A stretch of 63,888 nt of DNA, from contig JAHEKC010000006.1 of NCBI GenBank assembly GCA_024638565.1, positions 1-63,888 on the forward strand, written 5' to 3'. A program made the translations under genes and the position numbers. The notes under the pieces were generated by a model. The model did no database searches. It saw only the letters and a list, made by a program, of their open reading frames with translations, and had not been told where the DNA came from. Positions 10,084 through 18,298 of the stretch are shown piece by piece. Each line of letters starts with the position of its first letter. Position 1 is the stretch's first letter. This DNA comes from Bacteroidota bacterium (GTDB taxonomy: Bacteria > Bacteroidota > Bacteroidia > AKYH767-A > OLB10).

Positions 10084-11328
10084 ATGGACAAAGCGAACGG
10101 AACTGGGCAGCCGGGCACAGGTCCGGAGCATGCCCTTTCCACCCTGCGGGAGTATATCGAACGCGAGCAATTCAGGGGATACGATCCCTATGACGGGCTG
10201 ACCACCCGTTTGCCGGTGGCCCGGCTGGGGAAATGGCCCACCATACTTTTCATGCAGGCCATGAAGCGGTTTCCGCTTAATGTACGCCCCCTCCTGATGA
10301 TCCGAAAGGTTCACAATGCAAAGGCCATGGGACTGCTGCTTCATGCCTATAGCCTTCTTTACCGGCAACAACGGGATGAAACCACACGCAAGACCATGGA
10401 CTGGTTGTTCAACTGGCTGAAAACAAATGCCGCAACCGGATATTCAGGTCCGGCATGGGGTTACCCGTTCGACTGGGCTGGAAACACCAAGACCGTACGC
10501 GCGTTCACGCCCACCGCCGTCGCCACAGGATTTGTGGCACGCGGCCTGTATGCCTATTATTCCGTCACCGGTTCCGAGGAAGCGAAGGCGCTGATCATCG
10601 CGTCGGCAAAATTCATTATGCATGACCTGCCGCACGACGAAAGGCCCGAAGGCCTTTGTATCAGCTATACACCACTGGTGCAGGACCATTGCTACAATGC
10701 AAGTTTACTGGGCGCCGGGGTACTGGCCATGGCGGCAGCGCTGGACGGACGCGACGATTACGCTGAAAAAGCCAGGCAGGCTGCGGCGTACGTGCTGCAC
10801 CATCAGAAACCCGATGGCAGGTGGAACTACAGCCTGGATGTGCGCACCGGCAGGGAACGGACCCAGATCGATTTCCACCAGGGGTATGTGCTCGAGTCAC
10901 TGTACGAGATCGGTTCAGTGATACAACTTGAAGACAAAACGACTGAGGCGCTACGCAAGGGCATGGCATTTTACCACCGGGAGCAGTTCTTCCCTGACGG
11001 ACGAGCCAAATGGCGGCTGCCCGTGGTGTGGCCGGTGGAGATTCACAACCAGGCACAGGGAATCATCACACATGCGCGCCTGGCATTCCTGGACCCAGTG
11101 TACCTCCCGTTCGCAATGCGGATCGCGCAATGGACCAATGAACAAATGCGCCATCCATCCGGTTATTTTTACTATCAGAAGCATTCCTGGTTTACCAACC
11201 GTATCTCGTACATGCGCTGGTCGCAGGCTTGGATGTTACTGGCCCATGCGACCCTATTGTCCATTGCCGAAAAGACCTTGCACACAGATACTGCTAACCG
11301 GTCCCAAAAAAAGACGCCCGTAAGCTGA
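10084..11328 (+). CDS. conserved hypothetical, probable (alpha/alpha)-barrel polysaccharide-modifying protein (epimerase/lyase-like fold)
   Basis: No signal peptide. It has a repeating helical-pair pattern with aromatic-rich loops (WGYPFDW, DGRWNYS, HQGY). It sits between the fused oxidoreductase and DUF354. Fold and function are inferred only. Confidence 0.35.
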   Translation: MDKANGTGQPGTGPEHALSTLREYIEREQFRGYDPYDGLTTRLPVARLGKWPTILFMQAMKRFPLNVRPLLMIRKVHNAKAMGLLLHAYSLLYRQQRDETTRKTMDWLFNWLKTNAATGYSGPAWGYPFDWAGNTKTVRAFTPTAVATGFVARGLYAYYSVTGSEEAKALIIASAKFIMHDLPHDERPEGLCISYTPLVQDHCYNASLLGAGVLAMAAALDGRDDYAEKARQAAAYVLHHQKPDGRWNYSLDVRTGRERTQIDFHQGYVLESLYEIGSVIQLEDKTTEALRKGMAFYHREQFFPDGRAKWRLPVVWPVEIHNQAQGIITHARLAFLDPVYLPFAMRIAQWTNEQMRHPSGYFYYQKHSWFTNRISYMRWSQAWMLLAHATLLSIAEKTLHTDTANRSQKKTPVS

Positions 11329-11332
11329 ACAG

Positions 11333-12373
11333 ATGAGATTTCTTTTTTACCTGGGACACCCGGCGCACTTCCACCTGTTTCGGAATATGATCAAATTGCT
11401 GAAGAACCGCGGCCACGAGGTCATGGTTCTGATTAAGAAAAAGGATGTGCTGGAAGACCTGGTAAAGGCGACAGGATGGCCATACACCAATATAAATCCC
11501 AGGGGCAGGAAAAACAACCTGTTATCCATTGGGTTCCAGGTGGTGAAGCGGGATATAAGAATGCTGGGGATTTGCCGGCGGTTCCGGCCCCATAAGTTAT
11601 TCGGCACATCGGCGGAGATCACGCATGTGGGGCGACTGCTTGGTATTACCTCTGTAGTGCTGAACGAGGACGACAGCCATGCCATCCCGCTGTTCGCGAA
11701 CCTGGCTTTCCCGTTCGCGGATATCATTCTATGCCCGGATTGCGTAAACCTTGGACGTTGGGAAAAAAGAAAAACCGGGTACAAAGGCTACCAGGAACTC
11801 GCTTACCTGCACCCGGATTACTTCACCCCGGACCATGAGATCAGCCGGAAACTGGGCGCTGGTAAGCCATATTTTATCCTCCGATTTTCCGGGCTGGACG
11901 CCCATCATGATTTCGGGTTCAAGGGTATCACGGACGCCAGGGCCACTGAGCTAATTTCCATACTGGAACCCCACGGACAGGTGCATATCACCTCCGAACG
12001 TCCCGTTGCCGGCAACCTCGAGCATTACCGGATCCGGATCGATCCGACCGACATGCATAGTGCGCTTGCCGGCGCGGCCATGTATATTGGCGACAGCCAG
12101 ACCATGACTGCCGAGGCCGCGGTACTGGGAACGCCCGCCCTCCGGTACAACGATTTCGCCGGAAAGCTGGGTTACCTGCGGGAACTCGAGGAACAATACA
12201 AGCTTACCGCCTCGTTTCCCACCACAGATTTTGAAGGATTGAAATCCAGGGCCACGGAATGGCTTCAGCAGGAAAATATCAAATCCCAATGGCAGGAAAA
12301 ACGTGTGAAGATGCTCAATGAATGTATCGACCTCACAAAGTACCTCGTCAACCTGGCCGAGCGCGACGCCTGA
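11333..12373 (+). CDS. DUF354 domain protein (GT-B/UDP-GlcNAc 2-epimerase-like fold)
   Basis: The N-terminus MRFLFYLGHPAHFHLFRNMIKLLKNRGHEV matches my recollection of the DUF354 family start. The C-terminal DSQTMTAEAAVLGTP resembles GT-B/epimerase C-domains. Confidence 0.6.
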   Translation: MRFLFYLGHPAHFHLFRNMIKLLKNRGHEVMVLIKKKDVLEDLVKATGWPYTNINPRGRKNNLLSIGFQVVKRDIRMLGICRRFRPHKLFGTSAEITHVGRLLGITSVVLNEDDSHAIPLFANLAFPFADIILCPDCVNLGRWEKRKTGYKGYQELAYLHPDYFTPDHEISRKLGAGKPYFILRFSGLDAHHDFGFKGITDARATELISILEPHGQVHITSERPVAGNLEHYRIRIDPTDMHSALAGAAMYIGDSQTMTAEAAVLGTPALRYNDFAGKLGYLRELEEQYKLTASFPTTDFEGLKSRATEWLQQENIKSQWQEKRVKMLNECIDLTKYLVNLAERDA

Positions 12374-12486
12374 TTGTTCATAACCTGTGCATTCCAGGGC
12401 TTTCCGGCCCGGAATTTGTATTATCCAAATGTATATTTTAGCGCATCCATGCCGGAAGGCGGGGCTTTTCCTGACCTGAACTTTTT

Positions 12487-13593
12487 ATGCTCGAAACCGT
12501 TGCGAATGAAATCATGGCACCTGAAGGGGTCGTTCGTGATCTTTATAAGCAAAACAAGGCAGCAGATGCCATTTCGAGGGGTTATGGCCCCGAAGTGCTC
12601 GAATTCCTCAAAAAGTTTGTCCCGCTGGGCTCCGACCAGACATGCATCATGGCCACGAATGACATCTTCAATGTCCATTCGTTGTCGGACAACTATTTCA
12701 ACCATGTCGTCAACCTTTGCCGGATTAACGACATACCCCGGATCAGCTCCTTTTACAAGGCTGCGAACGGCAAGCTGCCATCGAACGGCACCCTGATCGG
12801 GTGTATGGAGACAAAGAACATCCGCAAGCACCGGATCCTTCGCAAATACCCGCGCGGGCTGGCGGAGATATACTATGTTTTTGATTTTATTCTCAAGCGC
12901 ATTTTCCCCAAGCTTCCGGTCACACGCAAAATCTATTTCAAGATTACGGCAGGCCGTAACCGTGTATTGTCACGCACGGAAGCCATGGGCCGCCTTTATG
13001 CCGCCGGATTCGAAATGATCGAGGAACGGGAATTCGGGAACCTGCTGTTTTACGTGGCCAGGAAAAAAAAGGCACCACTTTTCGACGAACGGCCGTCATA
13101 CGGACCCATCTGCCGGATGCGGCGGATCGGCCAGCACGGCAAGATCATCACCGTTTACAAGCTGCGTACGATGCACGCGTTTTCCGAATACCTCCAGCCA
13201 TACATATACGAGAAAAACTCCCTGCAACCAGGAGGCAAGTTCCGGAACGACTTCCGTATATCCACGCTGGGGCGGCTGCTGCGCAAATACTGGATCGACG
13301 AACTGCCCATGTTCGTAAACCTGCTCAAAGGCGACATTAAACTGGTGGGCGTCCGGCCGCTGAGCTCCCATTACCTGGGACTTTATTCGAATGAACTGAA
13401 AGTGCGCCGGCTTGATTACAAACCCGGTCTTGTCCCGCCGTTTTATGCGGACATGCCCAAGACTTTCGAGGAGATCCTGGCGTCCGAAAAGAAATACCTG
13501 GACGCGTACGATAAAGCACCACTCCGCACGGACGTGAGGTACCTTGGCAAGGCGCTGTGGAATATCGTTTTTAAGCGGGTTCGGAGCAAGTAA
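12487..13593 (+). CDS. sugar-phosphate transferase (Bac_transf / WbaP-EpsL family catalytic domain) with atypical soluble N-terminal domain
   Basis: The C-terminal half has GKIITVYKLRTM ... DELPMFVNLLKGDIKLVGVRPL, the polyprenyl-phosphate glycosyl-1-phosphate transferase signature. The N-terminal ~190 aa lack an obvious TM helix. Confidence 0.7.
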   Translation: MLETVANEIMAPEGVVRDLYKQNKAADAISRGYGPEVLEFLKKFVPLGSDQTCIMATNDIFNVHSLSDNYFNHVVNLCRINDIPRISSFYKAANGKLPSNGTLIGCMETKNIRKHRILRKYPRGLAEIYYVFDFILKRIFPKLPVTRKIYFKITAGRNRVLSRTEAMGRLYAAGFEMIEEREFGNLLFYVARKKKAPLFDERPSYGPICRMRRIGQHGKIITVYKLRTMHAFSEYLQPYIYEKNSLQPGGKFRNDFRISTLGRLLRKYWIDELPMFVNLLKGDIKLVGVRPLSSHYLGLYSNELKVRRLDYKPGLVPPFYADMPKTFEEILASEKKYLDAYDKAPLRTDVRYLGKALWNIVFKRVRSK

Positions 13594-13636
13594 GCCCCGG
13601 CCGACCGCGCTGCCTGAATGCGCTATCTTTCGTCCC

Positions 13637-15259
13637 TTGCGTACCCGGATTCATACCATTTTTGTTTTGCTGGCCTGTACGCTGACCGTTTCCCGGTCAG
13701 CCGCACAGGCTGTCTATTACCCTATCGAAAACCAACCGCTGTATCAGTTCCTGGATGAGCTGGCCAACACCGGGATCATCGACATCAATTCCGTGGCCAG
13801 ACCCTATACCAGGAACCGTATCGCCGGCTGGCTCCAGGAGGCATCCGGGGATTCCGGCAGCCTGGGACGCGGCCAGCGGGAACAGCTGGATTTTTACCTG
13901 CGCGATTTCAGCAAGGAAACGGGTGATCCCGGGCACGGGAAAAGACATGACCTGCTATTTCGAAGCGACTCGCTGTTTACGCTTTCCATAAACCCGGTGG
14001 GCGGGTACAGGTACTGGAAAAACGGGAACGACGGATACTACCACCGGTGGTTCGGCGCCGAGGCTTTCGCCTATGTGGGCGGCCGTGTGGGCTTTTATGC
14101 GAGTCTGCGTGACAACCATGAAAGTCTTTTCCTGGCGCAGCCCGGGTTCCTGACCACCCGACCGGGAGCGGTATACAAGCACGGGCCTGACGACCCGGGG
14201 GGAGATTTCAGCGAGTCGAGAGGCGGCATTACATACGCCTGGAAATGGGGGCATGCCGGCATTGTCAAAGACCGGTTCGCATGGGGAAGCACCTACAGCC
14301 ATTCCAACATCTTTTCAGGTCACGCCCCCTCCTTTCCCTACATCACATTCACGGCGCATCCGGCCCACTGGTTTGAATTCCGTTATGTGCACGGGTTCCT
14401 GGTAAGCAACGTACTCGATACCAGCAGATCCTATACCGGTGGCGTTAAACAGCGCTCGGTGTTCTTCCCCAAATTCCTCGCAGCAAATATTTATACATTC
14501 AAGCCCTGGAGAGGTTTTAGATTTTCGATCGGAAACTCCATTGTTTACGCAGACGACTTCCAGCTGGCATACCTCGTACCGGTATATTTCTTCAAGTCCG
14601 TTGATCATGGCAACACGAATACGGGCGGTAATTTTACAGGCCAGAATTCGCAGATGTTTTTTGACATCAATTCCAGGCAGCTTCGCTACCTTAACCTGTA
14701 CCTTTCCGTATTTATCGATGAAGTGAACATCGGGAATTTCTGGAAGCCTGACGAACAGTCGAATTTCTTCAGCATCAAGGGCGGGGCTGCCCTCACCCAT
14801 CCTGTCGTGCCCAATACGACCTTTATCCTTGAATACACCCGAACACATCCCGGCACATATAAGCATTTCGTGAGCACCACCACGTTTTCCTCGAATGACT
14901 TCAACCTGGGTCACCACCTCCGGGACAACGCAGGTGAAATATTTGCCGCCGTGCGTTACCGTCCATTCCGCGGCCTGTACCTGGAAGCTTCCGCCTCGCT
15001 CATGGAAAAGGGAGAAAACTACCCCTATACCGGTACCGGTGGCAGCGGCCTTGGATTGCCCTACCTGGAGCGGGTGTTCTGGAAAAGCCACACGTATACC
15101 CTTTCCGCACAATACGAGATTATCAACGACGCCTTTGTAATCGCCTCCTTTTCTTATGGCAAGGTCTCCGGTGATGATGCGTACGTGGAAGCTTATACCC
15201 CGGCCGTCATGCACGGCACCACCTCAACAGGTTCGGCAGGCGTCCGGATCGGCTTCTAA
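13637..15259 (+). CDS. wzi: capsule assembly Wzi-like outer-membrane protein
   Basis: Signal peptide IHTIFVLLACTLTVSRSAAQ, then YQFLDELANTGIIDINSVARPY (Wzi-like N-terminal helix motif) and a beta-rich C-terminus ending in F. There is no ATG before the signal peptide. An in-frame TTG lies at 13637, and the track start at 13544 overlaps the upstream gene. Confidence 0.55.
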   Translation: MRTRIHTIFVLLACTLTVSRSAAQAVYYPIENQPLYQFLDELANTGIIDINSVARPYTRNRIAGWLQEASGDSGSLGRGQREQLDFYLRDFSKETGDPGHGKRHDLLFRSDSLFTLSINPVGGYRYWKNGNDGYYHRWFGAEAFAYVGGRVGFYASLRDNHESLFLAQPGFLTTRPGAVYKHGPDDPGGDFSESRGGITYAWKWGHAGIVKDRFAWGSTYSHSNIFSGHAPSFPYITFTAHPAHWFEFRYVHGFLVSNVLDTSRSYTGGVKQRSVFFPKFLAANIYTFKPWRGFRFSIGNSIVYADDFQLAYLVPVYFFKSVDHGNTNTGGNFTGQNSQMFFDINSRQLRYLNLYLSVFIDEVNIGNFWKPDEQSNFFSIKGGAALTHPVVPNTTFILEYTRTHPGTYKHFVSTTTFSSNDFNLGHHLRDNAGEIFAAVRYRPFRGLYLEASASLMEKGENYPYTGTGGSGLGLPYLERVFWKSHTYTLSAQYEIINDAFVIASFSYGKVSGDDAYVEAYTPAVMHGTTSTGSAGVRIGF

Positions 15260-15325
15260 AGGATGCATACGCCTAATCGTTCATCATCAATCATACCCGG
15301 CGCTGAGAATTCTTCCGTTCCACTT

Positions 15326-16018
15326 CTAAAGCAGTACTTTCAACTCCGGGAGCGCTGAAATCTCGTACGTGGGGCTGCAGGTGACTTCCTGGCGGCCGGG
15401 ATTGAAAAGCACGGCATGCCAGCCGGCTCCCACGGCGCCGCCGATGTCGGCCTCCTGGTCATCGCCTATCATGAGACAATCCTTCGCTTGCGCGCCGGTT
15501 TCCCGTTCCGCATGTTCGAAGATGCCCTTTTCGGGTTTCTTAAAGCCGGTGTTTTCGGAGATGACGATCACATCGAAGAACCCGGTGAGCCCAGACTCCC
15601 GCAATTTACTTTCCTGCACATTCCTGAACCCGTTCGTGATAAGATGCAGGGCATACCCTTCCCGAAGGTATTCAAGCACTTCCAGCGAGCCGGGCAGGAG
15701 TTTCTTCCGACGGGGAAGCAGGTCCAGGTAAGCCTCGGGAAACTTTTGCTTCAACCCACCATCGGTAATCCCGAAATGTTCGAATGTTTTCCGGAACCGG
15801 ATACCGCGCAGCGTTTTCCGGTCAATGGCGTTCCGATGGTAAAGGTTCCACATCGCGGCATTGATCTCAAAATACTTACTGATGAATTCATCCGCCGAAA
15901 CGCCATACTGCTCCAGGTCATGCTGCCGGAACAGCGCCTGCAGCGTATCGGCGGAATTCCGTTCGAAATCCCAGAGGGTATGGTCGAGGTCAAAAAAAAT
16001 ATGCCGGTAAGCCTTCAC
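15326..16018 (-). CDS. HAD-superfamily hydrolase, YjjG-like nucleotidase subfamily
   Basis: Motif I FFDLDHTLWDF, motif II LITNG, motif IV MIGDDQEADIGGA. Confidence 0.75.
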   Translation of the reverse strand: MKAYRHIFFDLDHTLWDFERNSADTLQALFRQHDLEQYGVSADEFISKYFEINAAMWNLYHRNAIDRKTLRGIRFRKTFEHFGITDGGLKQKFPEAYLDLLPRRKKLLPGSLEVLEYLREGYALHLITNGFRNVQESKLRESGLTGFFDVIVISENTGFKKPEKGIFEHAERETGAQAKDCLMIGDDQEADIGGAVGAGWHAVLFNPGRQEVTCSPTYEISALPELKVLL

Positions 16019-16656
16019 TTCAGCAAATGAAAGAATTCATTCAGAATCATGGACGTGGCACCCCAGATCCTGGCTCCTTCGTAATTAAAGCACGGTGCTG
16101 ACTGGCGTCCGTAACTGGTTTCGAATTCCGCCTCCTCGAGCAGCCCTCCTTCCAGGAACGGGGCCAGGTCAGCCTCGATGATTTGCCTGACCTCGGCCGG
16201 ATCGGGGATGAATGCCTGTGGTTCGGGCAACCAGCCCACGTATGGAAAGACATGATAGCCGCTCACCGGGATATAAAGGTCCGACAGGGCACCGATCATG
16301 CGTACTTTCGAGGCGGCAATTCCAGTTTCCTCCTCCGCTTCACGTAACGCGGTTTGCTGCAGGCTTTCGTCACCGGGCTCGTATTTTCCGCCAGGCAGTC
16401 CATACTGGCCGCTGTGCACGCCCCCGTCCGCCCGTTCGATGAGCAGGAACCGTGTTTGGCCGTCCCCGGGGTACAACAGCAGCAGCACCCCGCTTTTGGA
16501 TTTTGCAGCGGAAGGCGATCCCGGGTGCCTGCGTCGTGAAACGGGTGCCATCCGCAATTGAACTTCCGGGCCCGGAAGCGGATTCCGGAAGCGTTCATGC
16601 AGCAGGTCGATGCAGGATTGAAATTCCACGTGAATGATGGCGGGCAGGACCCGCAC
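16015..16656 (-). CDS. NUDIX hydrolase (CoA pyrophosphatase-like)
   Basis: Nudix box GGKYEPGDESLQQTALREAEEETGI. It has a 4-nt overlap with the downstream HAD gene and abuts the DUF4139 stop. Confidence 0.75.
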   Translation of the reverse strand: MRVLPAIIHVEFQSCIDLLHERFRNPLPGPEVQLRMAPVSRRRHPGSPSAAKSKSGVLLLLYPGDGQTRFLLIERADGGVHSGQYGLPGGKYEPGDESLQQTALREAEEETGIAASKVRMIGALSDLYIPVSGYHVFPYVGWLPEPQAFIPDPAEVRQIIEADLAPFLEGGLLEEAEFETSYGRQSAPCFNYEGARIWGATSMILNEFFHLLK

Positions 16657-18270
16657 TTACAGACCGCCGACTGTTTTATCTTTCGGGTACCTGACGGTAA
16701 AGGTGATCCGCCATTCCTGTTTCTCACCGGGTGCGAGCAACTGTTGCCAGGTAACCCGTCCCGTTTCCGGATCAAGGTTTCCGCCTGACAGTTCTTCCGC
16801 CTTCACGGTGATGTCCTTGTCCCTTGATACCGGAACCTGATCTTCAAGGGCGAGGCGCACATTTTCTTTTGTCGTATTCCGGACCGTGATGACATACCCG
16901 AAGGACCGCACCCGGTTGCCGCCAAATGTCTTCGTGGATGTGAAATCCCTGGCTTGCCTGCGCTCCGTAACCACCCTGGGATCCCGCCCCAGGGAAAACA
17001 GCAGGGTATCTTCCGTCGCGAAGGGATCCAGCGGCGAGGTGCCTGTGTAGGCCCCGTCAAGGTATACGAATGCCTTGCCCGGCAACAGCCCGAGGTCCTG
17101 CCATCCGGTCAGCCGCGCGACCAGGAATACACCCGGATCCAGCTTCGGCACGCAGGCATGGCTGTAGCCGGCAGGAACTTCCGCATGGCGGACGGTCACG
17201 GTATGCGTCTTTCCGTCCGGGGGTATCGTGCTCTTCGCCCTGATCCTGAAGTCGGTGCTGAGACGGTTCTCCATGACCTCCACCAGGGAAGCCGCGTCGC
17301 CGGCGGCCAGCGGCGGTTTTTTCATTTCCGCAGGCTGCATTTCCTGCATGTCCATGACCGCATTTCTAAGCACAGGCCTGGGCCGCCGGAAGCTAAGATA
17401 CCACGGCCGCAGTTCCGGCAGTGATCCGGCGGCCATGGGATTGCCGGTCGAAAGCGTCAACTCCACCCCATCCCAGCGCACACCCGTCTGCTGGCTCACA
17501 TGCGCCTTGTAGGCCAGCTGCACAGGTCCTGATCCGTCCGAGCGGATGTCGTAAAACGGCGTCCAGGAAGCCTGTGGCGTGATATACTTAAGGAACAACG
17601 TGCCTTTCACGGACCGGTCCGATGACACCTCTACCGAGATGGTGGAGGTGGTGCGGCGGCCCTTCGATTTCAGGATGGCCAGCTGGGACTGCAATCGGCT
17701 GACCACCTCCTGGAGGGAATCGCGCGCCAGCTCGCGGTCCAGCAGTTGCTGCCTGATCTTGCCAAGTCGTGCCCGTACATAATCCGCCACTCGTGCAAGC
17801 TCAGCCGCGGTCACGCCCGTCTGTGACCCGCCGATAGATTTATTCGAAAGCAGCAGGGATTGCTCTTCATTCAAAACTGCAATGCCGTTCATGGATTGCT
17901 TTAGTGCATAGGTCATGGACCCAAGGCTGTCTTCTACCATTTTATATGCCGGTGATTCCTGTTCGGGGGCGAGGTGGTCAAGCCTGTGCTGCACCGACAT
18001 GATGGTGTACGTGCCTTCACCCTTCACACTTATGCTAGCGGGGTCAAGGCTTGGGGACAGTCCCTCGAAACGCAGGGTTGTGGAACCGGCAGGTACAGCC
18101 AGTGATGCCGTCCGCTCTATCCAGGCGCCGCGCAGGTAAACGGTCACTGCTGCTATCCGGGAATCGACCGTCACTTCCGGCTTTGCCAGCGAAACGAATG
18201 TAATCAGTAAGGAAAGGAAAATAAGACCTGTTGACTTTGCTGCTTTGCTCATAATATGATGATGCCGCAA
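16657..18270 (-). CDS. DUF4139/DUF4140 (MuiA-like) secreted protein of unknown function
   Basis: Signal peptide GLIFLSLLITFVSLA. The N-terminus IAAVTVYLRGAWIERTASL..., a central short coiled coil and a beta-rich C-terminus match my recollection of this family's architecture. Confidence 0.55.
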   Translation of the reverse strand: MRHHHIMSKAAKSTGLIFLSLLITFVSLAKPEVTVDSRIAAVTVYLRGAWIERTASLAVPAGSTTLRFEGLSPSLDPASISVKGEGTYTIMSVQHRLDHLAPEQESPAYKMVEDSLGSMTYALKQSMNGIAVLNEEQSLLLSNKSIGGSQTGVTAAELARVADYVRARLGKIRQQLLDRELARDSLQEVVSRLQSQLAILKSKGRRTTSTISVEVSSDRSVKGTLFLKYITPQASWTPFYDIRSDGSGPVQLAYKAHVSQQTGVRWDGVELTLSTGNPMAAGSLPELRPWYLSFRRPRPVLRNAVMDMQEMQPAEMKKPPLAAGDAASLVEVMENRLSTDFRIRAKSTIPPDGKTHTVTVRHAEVPAGYSHACVPKLDPGVFLVARLTGWQDLGLLPGKAFVYLDGAYTGTSPLDPFATEDTLLFSLGRDPRVVTERRQARDFTSTKTFGGNRVRSFGYVITVRNTTKENVRLALEDQVPVSRDKDITVKAEELSGGNLDPETGRVTWQQLLAPGEKQEWRITFTVRYPKDKTVGGL

Positions 18271-18298
18271 AGTTCATCATTTCACAATGAAAATAAAA

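Noticed and set aside
9154-10371. Long antisense ORFs. Besides this one: 56788-58059, 19154-20248, 18516-19745, 14315-15214, 29677-30528, 30799-31602, 31494-32438, 44934-45611 and 5732-6484.
   Set aside because: Each lies opposite a gene with clear family motifs. Their translations are Arg/Gly/Pro/His- or Ala/Ser-rich with no recognisable motifs. Long stop-free antisense frames are expected in GC-rich DNA.
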